63,724 nucleotides of DNA from a virus (taxonomy: Duplodnaviria > Caudoviricetes). The stretch is from the IMG/VR virus record IMGVR_UViG_3300044630_000814, positions 1-63,724 of that record. The stretch is one strand, 5' to 3'. Numbering within the stretch: the first letter of the stretch is position 1; each line of letters begins with the position of its first letter. Position numbers and translations under genes: made by a program. The notes beneath the pieces are model-generated. The model was given only the letters and a program-made list of their open reading frames with translations. It had not been told where the DNA came from and ran no database searches. Positions 20,201-29,071 of the stretch are shown one piece after another.

Positions 20201-23200
20201 GAACGCCGCCTGCCGTTAGAAAAAATTGAAGCTCAACTTGATGTAGCCCGCACGCGAAGTGCTGAGCGAGCCATGGGTGCTTCCAATAGTGAACGTGCAA
20301 CTCCGAGCGAAAGGCTTCAAGGTCTTATATACCGGATGCAGGATGCGTGGAAGGTGCTTACTGGTAAGCCTATACTGGCCAATGCTAGGTTAGCAGATTT
20401 GCTGCGCGACCCAGACATTCTCAGCAAAATGAATCCTGCGCAGCGGGGGCTTGCTGCTGCCTTGGCGGATGTCATAGATGACGACGTTGACGTCTATATC
20501 GGCAATCTTAACTTTAGCCCCCAAGAAGCTTTTACCTTAGGAACTGCCACTGTTTATGACGGCGCAGCCCCCGACGTTCGTTTGCGCGGGGTGTCAACCG
20601 CAGCAAACATTGTAACCCTCCTTCACGAGGCAGTTCACATTGCTTTGATAGCTAAGTTTGGCTCGGACTTTAAGCGTTTAACAGACCTTGGCCCTGACGC
20701 TGACCCAGAAATGCTTGCATTACGCGATGAAGTCTATAACTTGATTGATGCATACAACACCATGTTTGAGGTGGAGAGTTCGGCGGACCTACTGCTCAAG
20801 GCATCCCCGTACGGCATGAAAAACCTAGACGAGTTCATCGCTGAAGGACTGACCCAACCGAGCTTCCAAAAATTCTTGGAGAAGGGTAACCTGTGGACGC
20901 GTTTCGTAGCGTTAGTGCGGAAGCTGCTTAAGCTGCAACCTAAATTCCAGCCTCAACTGGATAACGTACTAAAAGCTGGCGCTAAACTAATTGCCGCGTC
21001 CAAGAACATCGACCGTATGGAGTATGTATCGGGCACTTTTGAGCAGCGGAAAAAGGCTGCTCCTAAAGGTAAAGGTAGTGCACAAGAGAGGGTCGCTACC
21101 GGCGAAGCAGAGATTAATCGTGGTGTGGCCCAAGCACAAATGGCAGCGGACATGCTGGAGTTCACCGATGGTCTCAGTGCGGCTATCGACGGGCGCGACG
21201 GCAGCTTCTTCCTCCCCTCGATAAAAGAAGGATGGGCTTCCTTCAATGACGCTACCCGTGAATATATACTGCCCGCACTGACCAGCTCGTTCATTATTAA
21301 CGATATTGATAAGGGCCGGTTACCGCCATTGCGGCGTATGGAGACGATTGAAGCTAACATCCGTGGGGCGCAAAACAGGATGCGTGCCCAATTTGGGAAG
21401 CTAGACCGGCGTTTTACGAAGTTCGTCAACCGTACAGGGCAGCGTGTCCTTGCAACGACTATGCATGCGGCACGCATCAACGAGTTCTCCCCCTCGGACT
21501 TCTCGTCGTTAGATAATGCGCTCCAGAACGACCCTATTATGGTTTGGTACAATGACGCAATAAAGGACCCAACCGTTAGCAAGGGGCAGGTCGCTGCGTT
21601 TAAAGGCAAGAAGACCATCCGCGAGAAACAAATTAAGGCGGTCTGGAAGCTTTGGGAAGAGCTTGGTAAGCAAAAGAACGGCCACGACATTTATGTGCGC
21701 GTCCGCGATTTTTACGCTGATATGTATACTATCATGCGTACCGAGCAGAACAGCTTCATCAAGAAACTACCTATCGACGATGCGGCTAAAGAAGAGCTTC
21801 TTGTAGCGGTGGACCCCGATACTTTTGCTGAAGGGGAGGCAGACCCGAATGACCCGCATGCTGGTATCCCAGACAGCGTACGTCCCAAGGAGTACTTCCC
21901 TTTCCGCCGTTACGGTAAATATTGGCTGACGGTTAAAGGCGATGGCATAAAAACAGGCCGCGAGCGCCACCACTTCGAAACCGCTTTTGGGCGGAATGCC
22001 TTCCTGCGTAAGCGCGCCAAGGAGTTGGGTGTAGACCCACAAAATGAAAACGTTTTCGAGAAGGGTAATACCCTAGAGGACTTCCAGAATAACTTGGTCG
22101 AGAGCAGCTTGATGCTCAGCAATATATTCTCAGTGATTGACAAGGCCGTTATTTCTGGGAACTACGACACCACTAAATACGCTACACCTGCTGAAGCACT
22201 AGAAGCCATGAAGAAAGAGCTTAGGGATAAGCTCTACCAGACGTACCTCATGACACTACCAGAGCGCAGCCTTCGTAGGCAGTTTATCCATGCCGAGCGC
22301 GTGACAGGTTTCAGCAGCGATGTACTGCGTAATTTCAGGTCCAGTTCTGCACAATACGCGGTGCAAATCCCGAAGCTGCAGTATGGGTCCGACGTTAACA
22401 GCGTAATCAGCGAAGGCTATGATGCCCTTGAAGGCATGCCTGTGGACGAAAAAGCCGCCGCAAGAACTTACGTGGATGAAATGGTCCAACGGCTGCGCGG
22501 AGCCATCAACCCAGAAGCACCGAATGCATTCGTGGCGGGGGTTAGCCGGTTTGCTTTCTACGAAGTCATGTCCAGCATTGCGTCTGCTGCATCGCAGATG
22601 TTGTCCGTCCCGATCTCGGTTATGCCTAAACTCAATGCGGACTACGGGTACACCGCAGCTGCCGCTGCTTTTATGCGTTACTCCTTCATCCCGTACAGCT
22701 TCGGTCTTCCTGAGCGTGACGCAGATGGCATGTTTTCACAAGTTATGCCTTCGATAGGGACGTCAGTAGCGGTAAAAAGTAACCCTATCCGTGCCCGTGC
22801 GTTTAAGGAATTTACCGACCGCGATTTGTTCGACTCTTCTGCGGCTAGCTCCCTATTCCTCAACAACGAGATGGCGCATACATACTCTTCGTACAACATT
22901 CCGGCGGAAGTGCTCGGGCTGGCGTTTAAGGCTATGCGTCTTCCCTTCACTATGTTTGACGTGGCTTCTCGTGAGATGAGCGCCATGATGTTCTTCGACC
23001 TTGACTACGGCAAAAACCGTAAGGACGGCATGGAGCCAGAGGAAGCATATAACGCTGCTATCCAGAACACTGTTAATGGCTTGAACGAAACTATCGGTAG
23101 CCACAACTTGTTCGAGCGTCCGCGTTACATGGTCGGGCAAATCCGCCAACTGCTTTTCCTGTTCCGCATGTACGCTGTGAACCGCACCATGTTTGGTTTG

Positions 23201-24202
23201 CGTATGGGTATACAAGTCATGCGGGGTGAGAATGCCACTGGCCGTACTCGCGCTGCTGCCATACACGAACTAGGTGGCAACTTGGCAATGGTGGCAGTCC
23301 TTGGTGGTATAGCAGGTGCACCGCTGTTAGACGTGGTGTGCGGGGCTATTGATATGATCCTGCCGTCGCTCATGGATGACGAGGAAGAAGAAGAGTTCCG
23401 GCGTCAGCACCCATATTCATACAACAACTCCAAGCACCGGTTCCTGTACGAGTGGCTGCCGGAGAATTTTGGTAACCCTACACTGCCCGGTCTAGATGGT
23501 AAGCAGCATGCGCTGGCAGATGTCCTGCGTAACGGTATACCGTCCGAGCTTATCGGCGTTAACTTCGCATCTCGTGTTAGCTGGAACGGCATGTGGATAC
23601 GCGACAGCATCCCCGGAGAAAACTGGAGCGAGTCAATCGTAAACTGGCTTGAGACCAACCTGTCTCCCGGTGCGGCTATCAGTATCGAGTTCATCAAAGC
23701 GCTTGAGGATGTGTACAAGGGTGACGTTATGCGTGGTCTTGAGAAGATAGTCCCCGGCACATTCCGTGGTTCTATAACTGCCGAGCGGCTGTCAACTCAG
23801 GGGGCAGAAACCCGCAAGGGTGGGAAAATGTTCGCAAAGGACGAAATTACAGCTTTGCAGCTTAACTTCCAGCGTATGGGTTGGGCACCGAACGAGGTAT
23901 CGGATTGGCAGCGTGAGCGTATGGGCGCCCTCTCTATGATTAACGCCGTTACTGGCGAACGCACTGACCTTATGGCTAAGCTAAATAAAGCTAAGTCCGA
24001 CCCCGAAGGTTCCAGCGAGACAGTTGCTGAAGTCGAAGCCGATATCCGTGAGTTCAACAGGTTGCACCCAATACCAGAACTGCAGATTGAAGAGGAAGAC
24101 ATAGCCAAGTCTCGTAGCCGCTACCTACAGAGCGAACTGGATAGCTATCGTGGTATGCAACTTACTGCGGAGCAGAAGGCTCTTATGCTAAAGTACAAAT
24201 AA
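17255..24202 (+). CDS. Giant (2315 aa) ejected polyvalent-type protein with zincin metallopeptidase-like domain
   Basis: Duplicated N-terminal IKAPDGNTYxIEGP module, acidic EAAP linker, LLHEAVH...DEFIAE zincin motif, helical C-terminal region; last late gene. Confidence 0.75.
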   Translation: MPTYRIKAPDGNTYRIEGPPNASQADVIAAVMRQNPSAGVAKVTHQIKAPDGNTYAIEGPKNATQKEVAAAVIRQKPTAGKPPAPVKPTPKAAVEIGKRTKELDESAASLNRMIAETQRLSKLPGATASMREKANVAIEEYRKTLANIANEKGYMQRTGTLVPERSFGEIATDTLKGLGAGALRTVAGIPSLLGAVGIESPGKASEQAAERFIQRNLAPDESDAAQFGTFAQQGRRLSEVAGSVLPAFATRGASRAGMAVAGPRAVPILTRTEQAAQLALGAGPGAQQQRQAIEQYEAETGKVVNPLVRALAQAGGAAIGATEVLTLDAMMARVPSKLRGSMTSKLAGLVERIEAGGISPKAAAAEVRTLMADIQKTGRGRVGVAMLEEGTQEGTAQFAQNVLEKTAYNSEKDVTEGVAENFIYGAVVGGGVRGLTELVTKVTGGVETANKIKSDAKLIAATMRLQENPNDDAAFDTIVERMVESYGITPEKAALYAQQQLGRAREEGDTDVPDADTGVDDFGGTDAGTASDIGTTPSISGATDVGETVGGGLERAVSGVSTTDVGEGAGVSSLDETKQILADKKVKLTERVNVARQLLNDTILNNPLVSVNDVDQKQFDAAKKQLANGKYNGDPVAALEAVTGKKFAAPLDVNTTVEDVNTQEIQGGLDAVTQGIAENQAQIKSFIQGIEENQAKLAAAPEVTTPPLDVQATAPVKTAIESVTTPAPDASPIPSLAQASAQQLGITPTAAPEAAPEMAAPEVAPLSREEKPVYDPADYTPQEIYDNLTRFGYKEAERRGYVFNTAENGMFGEGVREAKNPDIQPLTDEQVLSLERGSPEVLAAYKEGQQWGKEQVAAVQAAPVAEEAALEAAPVQEPVQGYVDTRKQELAAQEAADVEAEANLRQEIEARKQQEEAAPVAEAAALEAAPVAEEVAPEVVTAPIEEAAPEVDPYAGVLADIEAALADEAIDARTHKLLTSAVERRLPLEKIEAQLDVARTRSAERAMGASNSERATPSERLQGLIYRMQDAWKVLTGKPILANARLADLLRDPDILSKMNPAQRGLAAALADVIDDDVDVYIGNLNFSPQEAFTLGTATVYDGAAPDVRLRGVSTAANIVTLLHEAVHIALIAKFGSDFKRLTDLGPDADPEMLALRDEVYNLIDAYNTMFEVESSADLLLKASPYGMKNLDEFIAEGLTQPSFQKFLEKGNLWTRFVALVRKLLKLQPKFQPQLDNVLKAGAKLIAASKNIDRMEYVSGTFEQRKKAAPKGKGSAQERVATGEAEINRGVAQAQMAADMLEFTDGLSAAIDGRDGSFFLPSIKEGWASFNDATREYILPALTSSFIINDIDKGRLPPLRRMETIEANIRGAQNRMRAQFGKLDRRFTKFVNRTGQRVLATTMHAARINEFSPSDFSSLDNALQNDPIMVWYNDAIKDPTVSKGQVAAFKGKKTIREKQIKAVWKLWEELGKQKNGHDIYVRVRDFYADMYTIMRTEQNSFIKKLPIDDAAKEELLVAVDPDTFAEGEADPNDPHAGIPDSVRPKEYFPFRRYGKYWLTVKGDGIKTGRERHHFETAFGRNAFLRKRAKELGVDPQNENVFEKGNTLEDFQNNLVESSLMLSNIFSVIDKAVISGNYDTTKYATPAEALEAMKKELRDKLYQTYLMTLPERSLRRQFIHAERVTGFSSDVLRNFRSSSAQYAVQIPKLQYGSDVNSVISEGYDALEGMPVDEKAAARTYVDEMVQRLRGAINPEAPNAFVAGVSRFAFYEVMSSIASAASQMLSVPISVMPKLNADYGYTAAAAAFMRYSFIPYSFGLPERDADGMFSQVMPSIGTSVAVKSNPIRARAFKEFTDRDLFDSSAASSLFLNNEMAHTYSSYNIPAEVLGLAFKAMRLPFTMFDVASREMSAMMFFDLDYGKNRKDGMEPEEAYNAAIQNTVNGLNETIGSHNLFERPRYMVGQIRQLLFLFRMYAVNRTMFGLRMGIQVMRGENATGRTRAAAIHELGGNLAMVAVLGGIAGAPLLDVVCGAIDMILPSLMDDEEEEEFRRQHPYSYNNSKHRFLYEWLPENFGNPTLPGLDGKQHALADVLRNGIPSELIGVNFASRVSWNGMWIRDSIPGENWSESIVNWLETNLSPGAAISIEFIKALEDVYKGDVMRGLEKIVPGTFRGSITAERLSTQGAETRKGGKMFAKDEITALQLNFQRMGWAPNEVSDWQRERMGALSMINAVTGERTDLMAKLNKAKSDPEGSSETVAEVEADIREFNRLHPIPELQIEEEDIAKSRSRYLQSELDSYRGMQLTAEQKALMLKYK

Positions 24203-24231
24203 AAACCCCCGGCTGAGTGAGCAACCGGGGG
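24201..24231 (-). terminator. Intrinsic terminator at the convergence of the late and replication arms
   Basis: CCCCCGG/CCGGGGG stem followed by a U-run on the minus strand. Confidence 0.75.
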
Positions 24232-24277
24232 CTTAGTGTGCCTAACGGAAGGAGCAAACTTCCGGGGGTGTGTATAC

Positions 24278-24472
24278 TCACATTCTCCAGACACGTAAAC
24301 CCCTAATACCATCTTCGATCACCGCTTTTATCAATACCTTGAGTTTCAAGCGTTTGGTAACCACTAGGACTTGTGCCTTAGCGCGTTTGGGGTCTAGGCA
24401 CGGGAAGAATATAGATGTCCCGCGCTTGAACTTTCTCCAGTTAACCTCGTAACTAACTCCCTCCAGCTTCAT
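24278..24472 (-). CDS. Small basic hypothetical protein (putative DNA-binding)
   Basis: 64 aa, W..F..G.SIFFPC...GLRVWR; overlaps the primase stop. Confidence 0.65.
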   Translation of the reverse strand: MKLEGVSYEVNWRKFKRGTSIFFPCLDPKRAKAQVLVVTKRLKLKVLIKAVIEDGIRGLRVWRM

Positions 24473-27299
24473 CCTTAATCTCCACGGGCAATAAGCCTTC
24501 TACGTCCATGAAGCCATTGACCGACGTATCGAAGAACAGGGCTTGTACGCCGAGGGTGTTAATCCTCATGCCCTTCGACATCCGCTTAGTGTCGCTCTTG
24601 ATGTACACGCCGTCGTCCTTCAGCCTACGCAGGGTTTCCTTGTAGTTAATCTGGAACTGTACGCAGTACTCCTTGAACTTTTTAGCTGCGAAGAACAACA
24701 TCTTAGTGTCAGGCTCGTAGCGGATGATGAGTTCGCCCTTAGGCTCCATCTTCGGCTTAACCTCCATGTTAGAGCGGCTGTCCACTTGGTCGTCTACGAC
24801 GAGCGTGTTCTGGATGTGGCGGTTCACAAAGTCACCGATGACTTGACTCGTGTCCGTCGCTGGTGGCTCAATCTCTTGCCGCAGTGTGGTAATCATGTTG
24901 CATGCCCACTGGTATATATCGTTCATATTCCAGTCGATTAGGCCCAGCATCTTGGCGATAAAACCTGCCGTGATGTTAGCGGCGACACCAGCCGACCAGA
25001 AACGTTCGCGCTGTGTTAGACGTAGCTGCAGGTCAAGCCGAGACTGGATGTTCTGGCAGGCTTCAAACACCTCTTCCATATTATCTAGCACGTATGCCAT
25101 GAAGATAGGTCCGGCGTGGCCGTAGTTATCCATCAACTGCTGGTCGAACATCTGCTTACCTTCTTCGGTGCTGATGGCATCCGTCTGGCTAATGCGATAC
25201 TCAATTAGGCGCATCATCTCCCCGTCAGGGCTATCCTTGCGGATAGACAGCTTTTCATAGAATGATGCGTTCGACGTACATATCGAGATAGTCTGCCATG
25301 TGGTCTCGTTGATGCGCAGTTCATTACCTCCTGCGGTCATACGTTCTTTGCCCTTACCTTGGGACATCCCGTAAACCAGTTCGGAGAACTCATCAGCGTT
25401 CATGTTGGTGATTTCGTCCACGCAGTATGGCAGGTTGCACATGATAGCCAACCACTGCATCTTCGCGTTCAACGTGTCTGACTTCTTAGCAATAAGCTCA
25501 GTGGGGTGCCCATATACGCTCATGGCCATACGAGCGATGGTTGTCTTACCCGTGCCGGACTCAGGGCTTACGAGGTTGATGGCAGCACCTGACTGCTTGA
25601 GAAACTTCAAGAGCGGCGCACCGAAGGCGCTAAGCGCGGCAAAGGCATGGCCTTCTAAGCCGGGACGCCCGTATAGTGCCCACACTTCTTTCCATTTATC
25701 CAACGAACCCACCGGCCCCATATACCGTGCTAGCGGTGCCGTGACTGCCGAAGGCGGGCTATAGAGCATACCATCCCGAGTGACTTCTTGGTCGCCGATG
25801 ACAAAGCGGCTGTTGTTGTCTGCCCATCCAAATTGATTACGCATGATTTCTAACTTTCCTGTGTTCTGTGTAGCGTTCACCGACAGCATCACATAATCCA
25901 TGAACATGTCGAACTTCTTGGGGTGAATGGCTACGCTGTATGTTGATATAGCTTTGCGAAGCAGGTCTTTCGAGGACACCTCGTTAAGGGGTACCGAAAA
26001 ATCTTCTACTCCGTCGAGCGGCAGGTGGCGGCGGAAAACTAGGACTTCTCCCATCTTCCTGTCCTTCATACGCTTCACGATGTATATGTCGTTGTGGTAT
26101 ACGAGGATAGGTTCCGCTTCGTCGCCGTCGCCCTTTGGTGGCTTGCGCCATATGCCCCCACCTTCCCCACGGAAGAACGGGAACGGATACTCCGGTATAT
26201 AGAATGTTTCTGACTTAGGTCCTGTGGGTGTATCTATAACCTCTTCGACTTTGTTGCTCTTGGCTTCGTTTATCTTGCGGCCAAGATACTTAGGGCCGAG
26301 GATTTCCCCCTTCCACTTGCATCCTTGGCATAGGGTCGGGTTCTTCCCCTCGAACTTAGCGCAACTTGTTGCCCCCTTGATGGTGGCTACCTTGTTCTCC
26401 AGCGTAGCAGGGTCATACTCTGGGTGTCCTTCGGACATCATATGCACCGCTTCAGCCGCATCTTCGCACATGGCGGCGACCGATATGGCGTGAAACCAGT
26501 CGTAATAGTCTATGGTAGCACGGTTGTTATACGCATGGAGAAGCTGGGCGCATCCCTCACCCTTCTCGCTACGACGCATAATCTTGCCAAAGTTGAACTG
26601 AACGCTTTTGTTCATTGCCTTACCGAGTTCGGTAGGCTCCCACTTGGGCTGCGCTGCTAGGTGCTTCACACCTAACGTCTGTATAACCCAGTCAAAATTA
26701 ACAGGCTTACCGACGAACATTACTTCGACAGGCTTTGGGGGGTCATCTTTAAAGTTCAAAGTGCCGGGTATGCGCAGTATGCGCGCCGCTTCAAACACTG
26801 CTGCGTCCACGTAAAAGTTGTGGGTGTAGCATAAGTCACGGAGGCGGAGGGCAACAGGCTCCCACTCTTCGCGGGTTACGTCGCGGTCAAGCGTCCAGTA
26901 TGCGTGTATACCGCGCCCTGAGTTAACAAGGGTAGGCTTAGGTAGCCCTGTGAGTTCACAGAAATCCCGTAGCGCGGCAAGACCAGTCTCTTGGTCTATA
27001 TATCCGTCAGGACGGCCAGTTTTTTCGCTGACTACGGCTTTGCTTTCACCGCAGTCGATATCTAGCCATAGGGCACGGAGCGCCTTTACGTTGTCCTTGG
27101 TACGCCCTGCGTCCGTTTTATATTTAGCAACACCGAAGAAAACATTGCGTTGTTGAGAGAGGTACAGAGCCGCAACCCTATCTGCTTCCTCACGCGTCTC
27201 AACCAGCGTCTGTCTTACATCGTCTTTGCCTTTGTTACCGAAGATCGCAAACCACCCTTCAGATGGCTGTACTGTCGATAGGAGGTCAAACTCTTCCAT
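24453..27299 (-). CDS. Primase-helicase (AEP/RepB-like primase + DUF927 + helicase)
   Basis: WLDIDC, NSGRGIHAYW and RILRIPGT primase motifs; QFGW (DUF927); Walker A ESGTGKTT; Walker B CVDEIT. Confidence 0.85.
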   Translation of the reverse strand: MEEFDLLSTVQPSEGWFAIFGNKGKDDVRQTLVETREEADRVAALYLSQQRNVFFGVAKYKTDAGRTKDNVKALRALWLDIDCGESKAVVSEKTGRPDGYIDQETGLAALRDFCELTGLPKPTLVNSGRGIHAYWTLDRDVTREEWEPVALRLRDLCYTHNFYVDAAVFEAARILRIPGTLNFKDDPPKPVEVMFVGKPVNFDWVIQTLGVKHLAAQPKWEPTELGKAMNKSVQFNFGKIMRRSEKGEGCAQLLHAYNNRATIDYYDWFHAISVAAMCEDAAEAVHMMSEGHPEYDPATLENKVATIKGATSCAKFEGKNPTLCQGCKWKGEILGPKYLGRKINEAKSNKVEEVIDTPTGPKSETFYIPEYPFPFFRGEGGGIWRKPPKGDGDEAEPILVYHNDIYIVKRMKDRKMGEVLVFRRHLPLDGVEDFSVPLNEVSSKDLLRKAISTYSVAIHPKKFDMFMDYVMLSVNATQNTGKLEIMRNQFGWADNNSRFVIGDQEVTRDGMLYSPPSAVTAPLARYMGPVGSLDKWKEVWALYGRPGLEGHAFAALSAFGAPLLKFLKQSGAAINLVSPESGTGKTTIARMAMSVYGHPTELIAKKSDTLNAKMQWLAIMCNLPYCVDEITNMNADEFSELVYGMSQGKGKERMTAGGNELRINETTWQTISICTSNASFYEKLSIRKDSPDGEMMRLIEYRISQTDAISTEEGKQMFDQQLMDNYGHAGPIFMAYVLDNMEEVFEACQNIQSRLDLQLRLTQRERFWSAGVAANITAGFIAKMLGLIDWNMNDIYQWACNMITTLRQEIEPPATDTSQVIGDFVNRHIQNTLVVDDQVDSRSNMEVKPKMEPKGELIIRYEPDTKMLFFAAKKFKEYCVQFQINYKETLRRLKDDGVYIKSDTKRMSKGMRINTLGVQALFFDTSVNGFMDVEGLLPVEIKDEAGGS

Positions 27300-27353
27300 T
27301 GGGCACACTCGTCACTGCAGGTTAACCTGCTTACTGCTTGCGGGGGGTGAAAC

Positions 27354-27587
27354 TTAAGTAGGGAAGTTGGTGATGTATTTACGGATAAGTCCGATAAACT
27401 CGCCCTGCGGGGCGCTAACCCCGCAGAACCAGTTGTATACAGACTGCCGTGTGGCACCAAGGTCATGTGCAACTTTGCTCACAGAAACTCCGTGCTCAAT
27501 GCACTTCCTCCCTAGCTGCACACCTAGATGCCCATCGTCAGCTTCGCTATTAGCTTCAATGGTTTTGAGGCTATAGCCGTAAGTCAT
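27354..27587 (-). CDS. Cro/XRE-like HTH protein
   Basis: VSKVAHDLGATRQSVYNWFCG helix-turn-helix. Confidence 0.75.
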   Translation of the reverse strand: MTYGYSLKTIEANSEADDGHLGVQLGRKCIEHGVSVSKVAHDLGATRQSVYNWFCGVSAPQGEFIGLIRKYITNFPT

Positions 27588-28501
27588 TAATCGTCCTCAT
27601 CACTACCCCAGTTGCTAATAACAGCAGCTAGGTTGGCTTTAGGTTCTGCGGCAGTGTCACTTTTAGCAGCAGGACGCTTCTTGGGTTCTTCAAGCTCTTC
27701 TTCGGGTTCGTCCGAGCGAGAGATTTGCGGTGCCGGTGCAGGGGCGGCTGGCTGCTTCTTTACGCCGTCTTGCTGGGCTACGGTTAGTTCGCACATACGC
27801 TTTGTACCTGCGTCCGCTTGTGCGCGTTTTACGAGTTCCTGCTCTTCGTCACTGGTACCACGCACGGGGGTAAAGAGAAGCTCCATGCTATCGGCGTTGA
27901 GGTCGTAGCTGATGTTGGTCACTACCGTATCCGGCGACTCGTGGTTAGCCAATAGGTAACGTACATAGCTTTCAAACGGATGCACATTACCTACACCCTT
28001 ACCGAAGAGCGACTTGGCTGGGACGTTGAACTGGTACACTTCTCCCGAAGGGTCGTTAGGCATGATAACTGCAATACGGCGCTGATAGCGGCATGCGCGA
28101 CCCTTACCGTTAGTACCCGAGCCGACTACGTTCTTAGGGCAACTTACGCAGTTGGGCGATTGTTTGTTACCCGCAGCGGCTTCTGGAATATCACCGTTGT
28201 TCGACCAGCAGTCTGGGAGCGTTGGCTTAGCGTTAGGGTCGTAAGCACCGGCATAAAACACGCGGCTAACCTTGGGTAGTGCATGGACGATGATAACATC
28301 AATGTCGCCACGCACCGCATCGCCAATCTGCTCACCATTTACGAGGCGCTTAAACGTCCCGTTGGTGTTGGTTTGGATGCGACGGTTAGTGCCGCCACCC
28401 GCACCACTGGCCAGAGTTTTGGCAAGTTCACTGAGTTCACGACGACCGACTGACGTTGAGACGGCACCGGCTTGCTTAAAAATAGAAACTTCATTGGACA
28501 T
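27587..28501 (-). CDS. Putative ssDNA-binding/annealing protein
   Basis: PDCWS...CxSCPKN..GS...GRAC motif and acidic C-terminus (WGSDEDD); replication-module context. Confidence 0.6.
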   Translation of the reverse strand: MSNEVSIFKQAGAVSTSVGRRELSELAKTLASGAGGGTNRRIQTNTNGTFKRLVNGEQIGDAVRGDIDVIIVHALPKVSRVFYAGAYDPNAKPTLPDCWSNNGDIPEAAAGNKQSPNCVSCPKNVVGSGTNGKGRACRYQRRIAVIMPNDPSGEVYQFNVPAKSLFGKGVGNVHPFESYVRYLLANHESPDTVVTNISYDLNADSMELLFTPVRGTSDEEQELVKRAQADAGTKRMCELTVAQQDGVKKQPAAPAPAPQISRSDEPEEELEEPKKRPAAKSDTAAEPKANLAAVISNWGSDEDD

Positions 28502-28513
28502 GGGTATATCCCC

Positions 28514-28921
28514 TTATTTAGATGTAGGTTTACGGACTTGTACGACGTACTTGGTATCGGCTTGTAGGCCAACAGGAAGAACCTCTGGGTTGTCTGCCAA
28601 GAACTGCTTCAAGTTACCATTATGGATGCGTTGTTCCAGCAGGAAGGGTGCATCATGTTCCTTGATGAACTGATACATCGCATCCCAGTCGCTCGTCCAG
28701 TACCGAGTGTTAACCCGACGAGAGACCGTCCCTGCGTTGGTGCGTAGGCTATCCACATCCAGCGTATTGCAGATGTCGAGTAAGCCTCCGGCAACAAGGT
28801 CTAATTGTTCTTTGAGGGAGGCAAGTTCTTCCTTGTGCTCTTCCTCTTTGTCACGGATGACATCCCGGATTCGCCGGTACGCCGTGACCATTTCTTCTAC
28901 TGACTGTTCGTTATCCATCAT
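28514..28921 (-). CDS. Conserved phage replication-module protein (coiled coil + SLRTxxGT...DWD)
   Basis: AAGGAGCAA RBS; family commonly found next to the SSB-like gene. Confidence 0.7.
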   Translation of the reverse strand: MMDNEQSVEEMVTAYRRIRDVIRDKEEEHKEELASLKEQLDLVAGGLLDICNTLDVDSLRTNAGTVSRRVNTRYWTSDWDAMYQFIKEHDAPFLLEQRIHNGNLKQFLADNPEVLPVGLQADTKYVVQVRKPTSK

Positions 28922-28934
28922 TTGCTCCTTCGTG

Positions 28935-29039
28935 TTGGGGTAGGCTCACCCGACTTAACCTGTCAATTCAGGTCCGCCTTTTTTATCAGCGCCGTCGCAA
29001 CAGGATTTCCCACCGCCGTGGGCACTGAGCCTACCCCAA
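28935..29039 (-). ncRNA. Structured 5'-leader / candidate ncRNA
   Basis: Perfect 14-bp closing inverted repeat (28935-28948 / 29026-29039) enclosing smaller hairpins; lies between a promoter and an RBS. Confidence 0.5.
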
Positions 29040-29043
29040 ACCC

Positions 29044-29071
29044 TACATACACTACCCTTTGACATTGTCAA
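29044..29071 (-). promoter_or_regulatory. Sigma70-type middle promoter with palindromic operator over -35
   Basis: TTGACA-16-TATGTA; palindrome TTGACA-T-TGTCAA at 29059-29071. Confidence 0.6.

Noticed and set aside
28935-29039. tRNA gene
   Set aside because: No T-loop GTTC motif, D-loop or 7-bp acceptor geometry; kept only as an unknown structured RNA.
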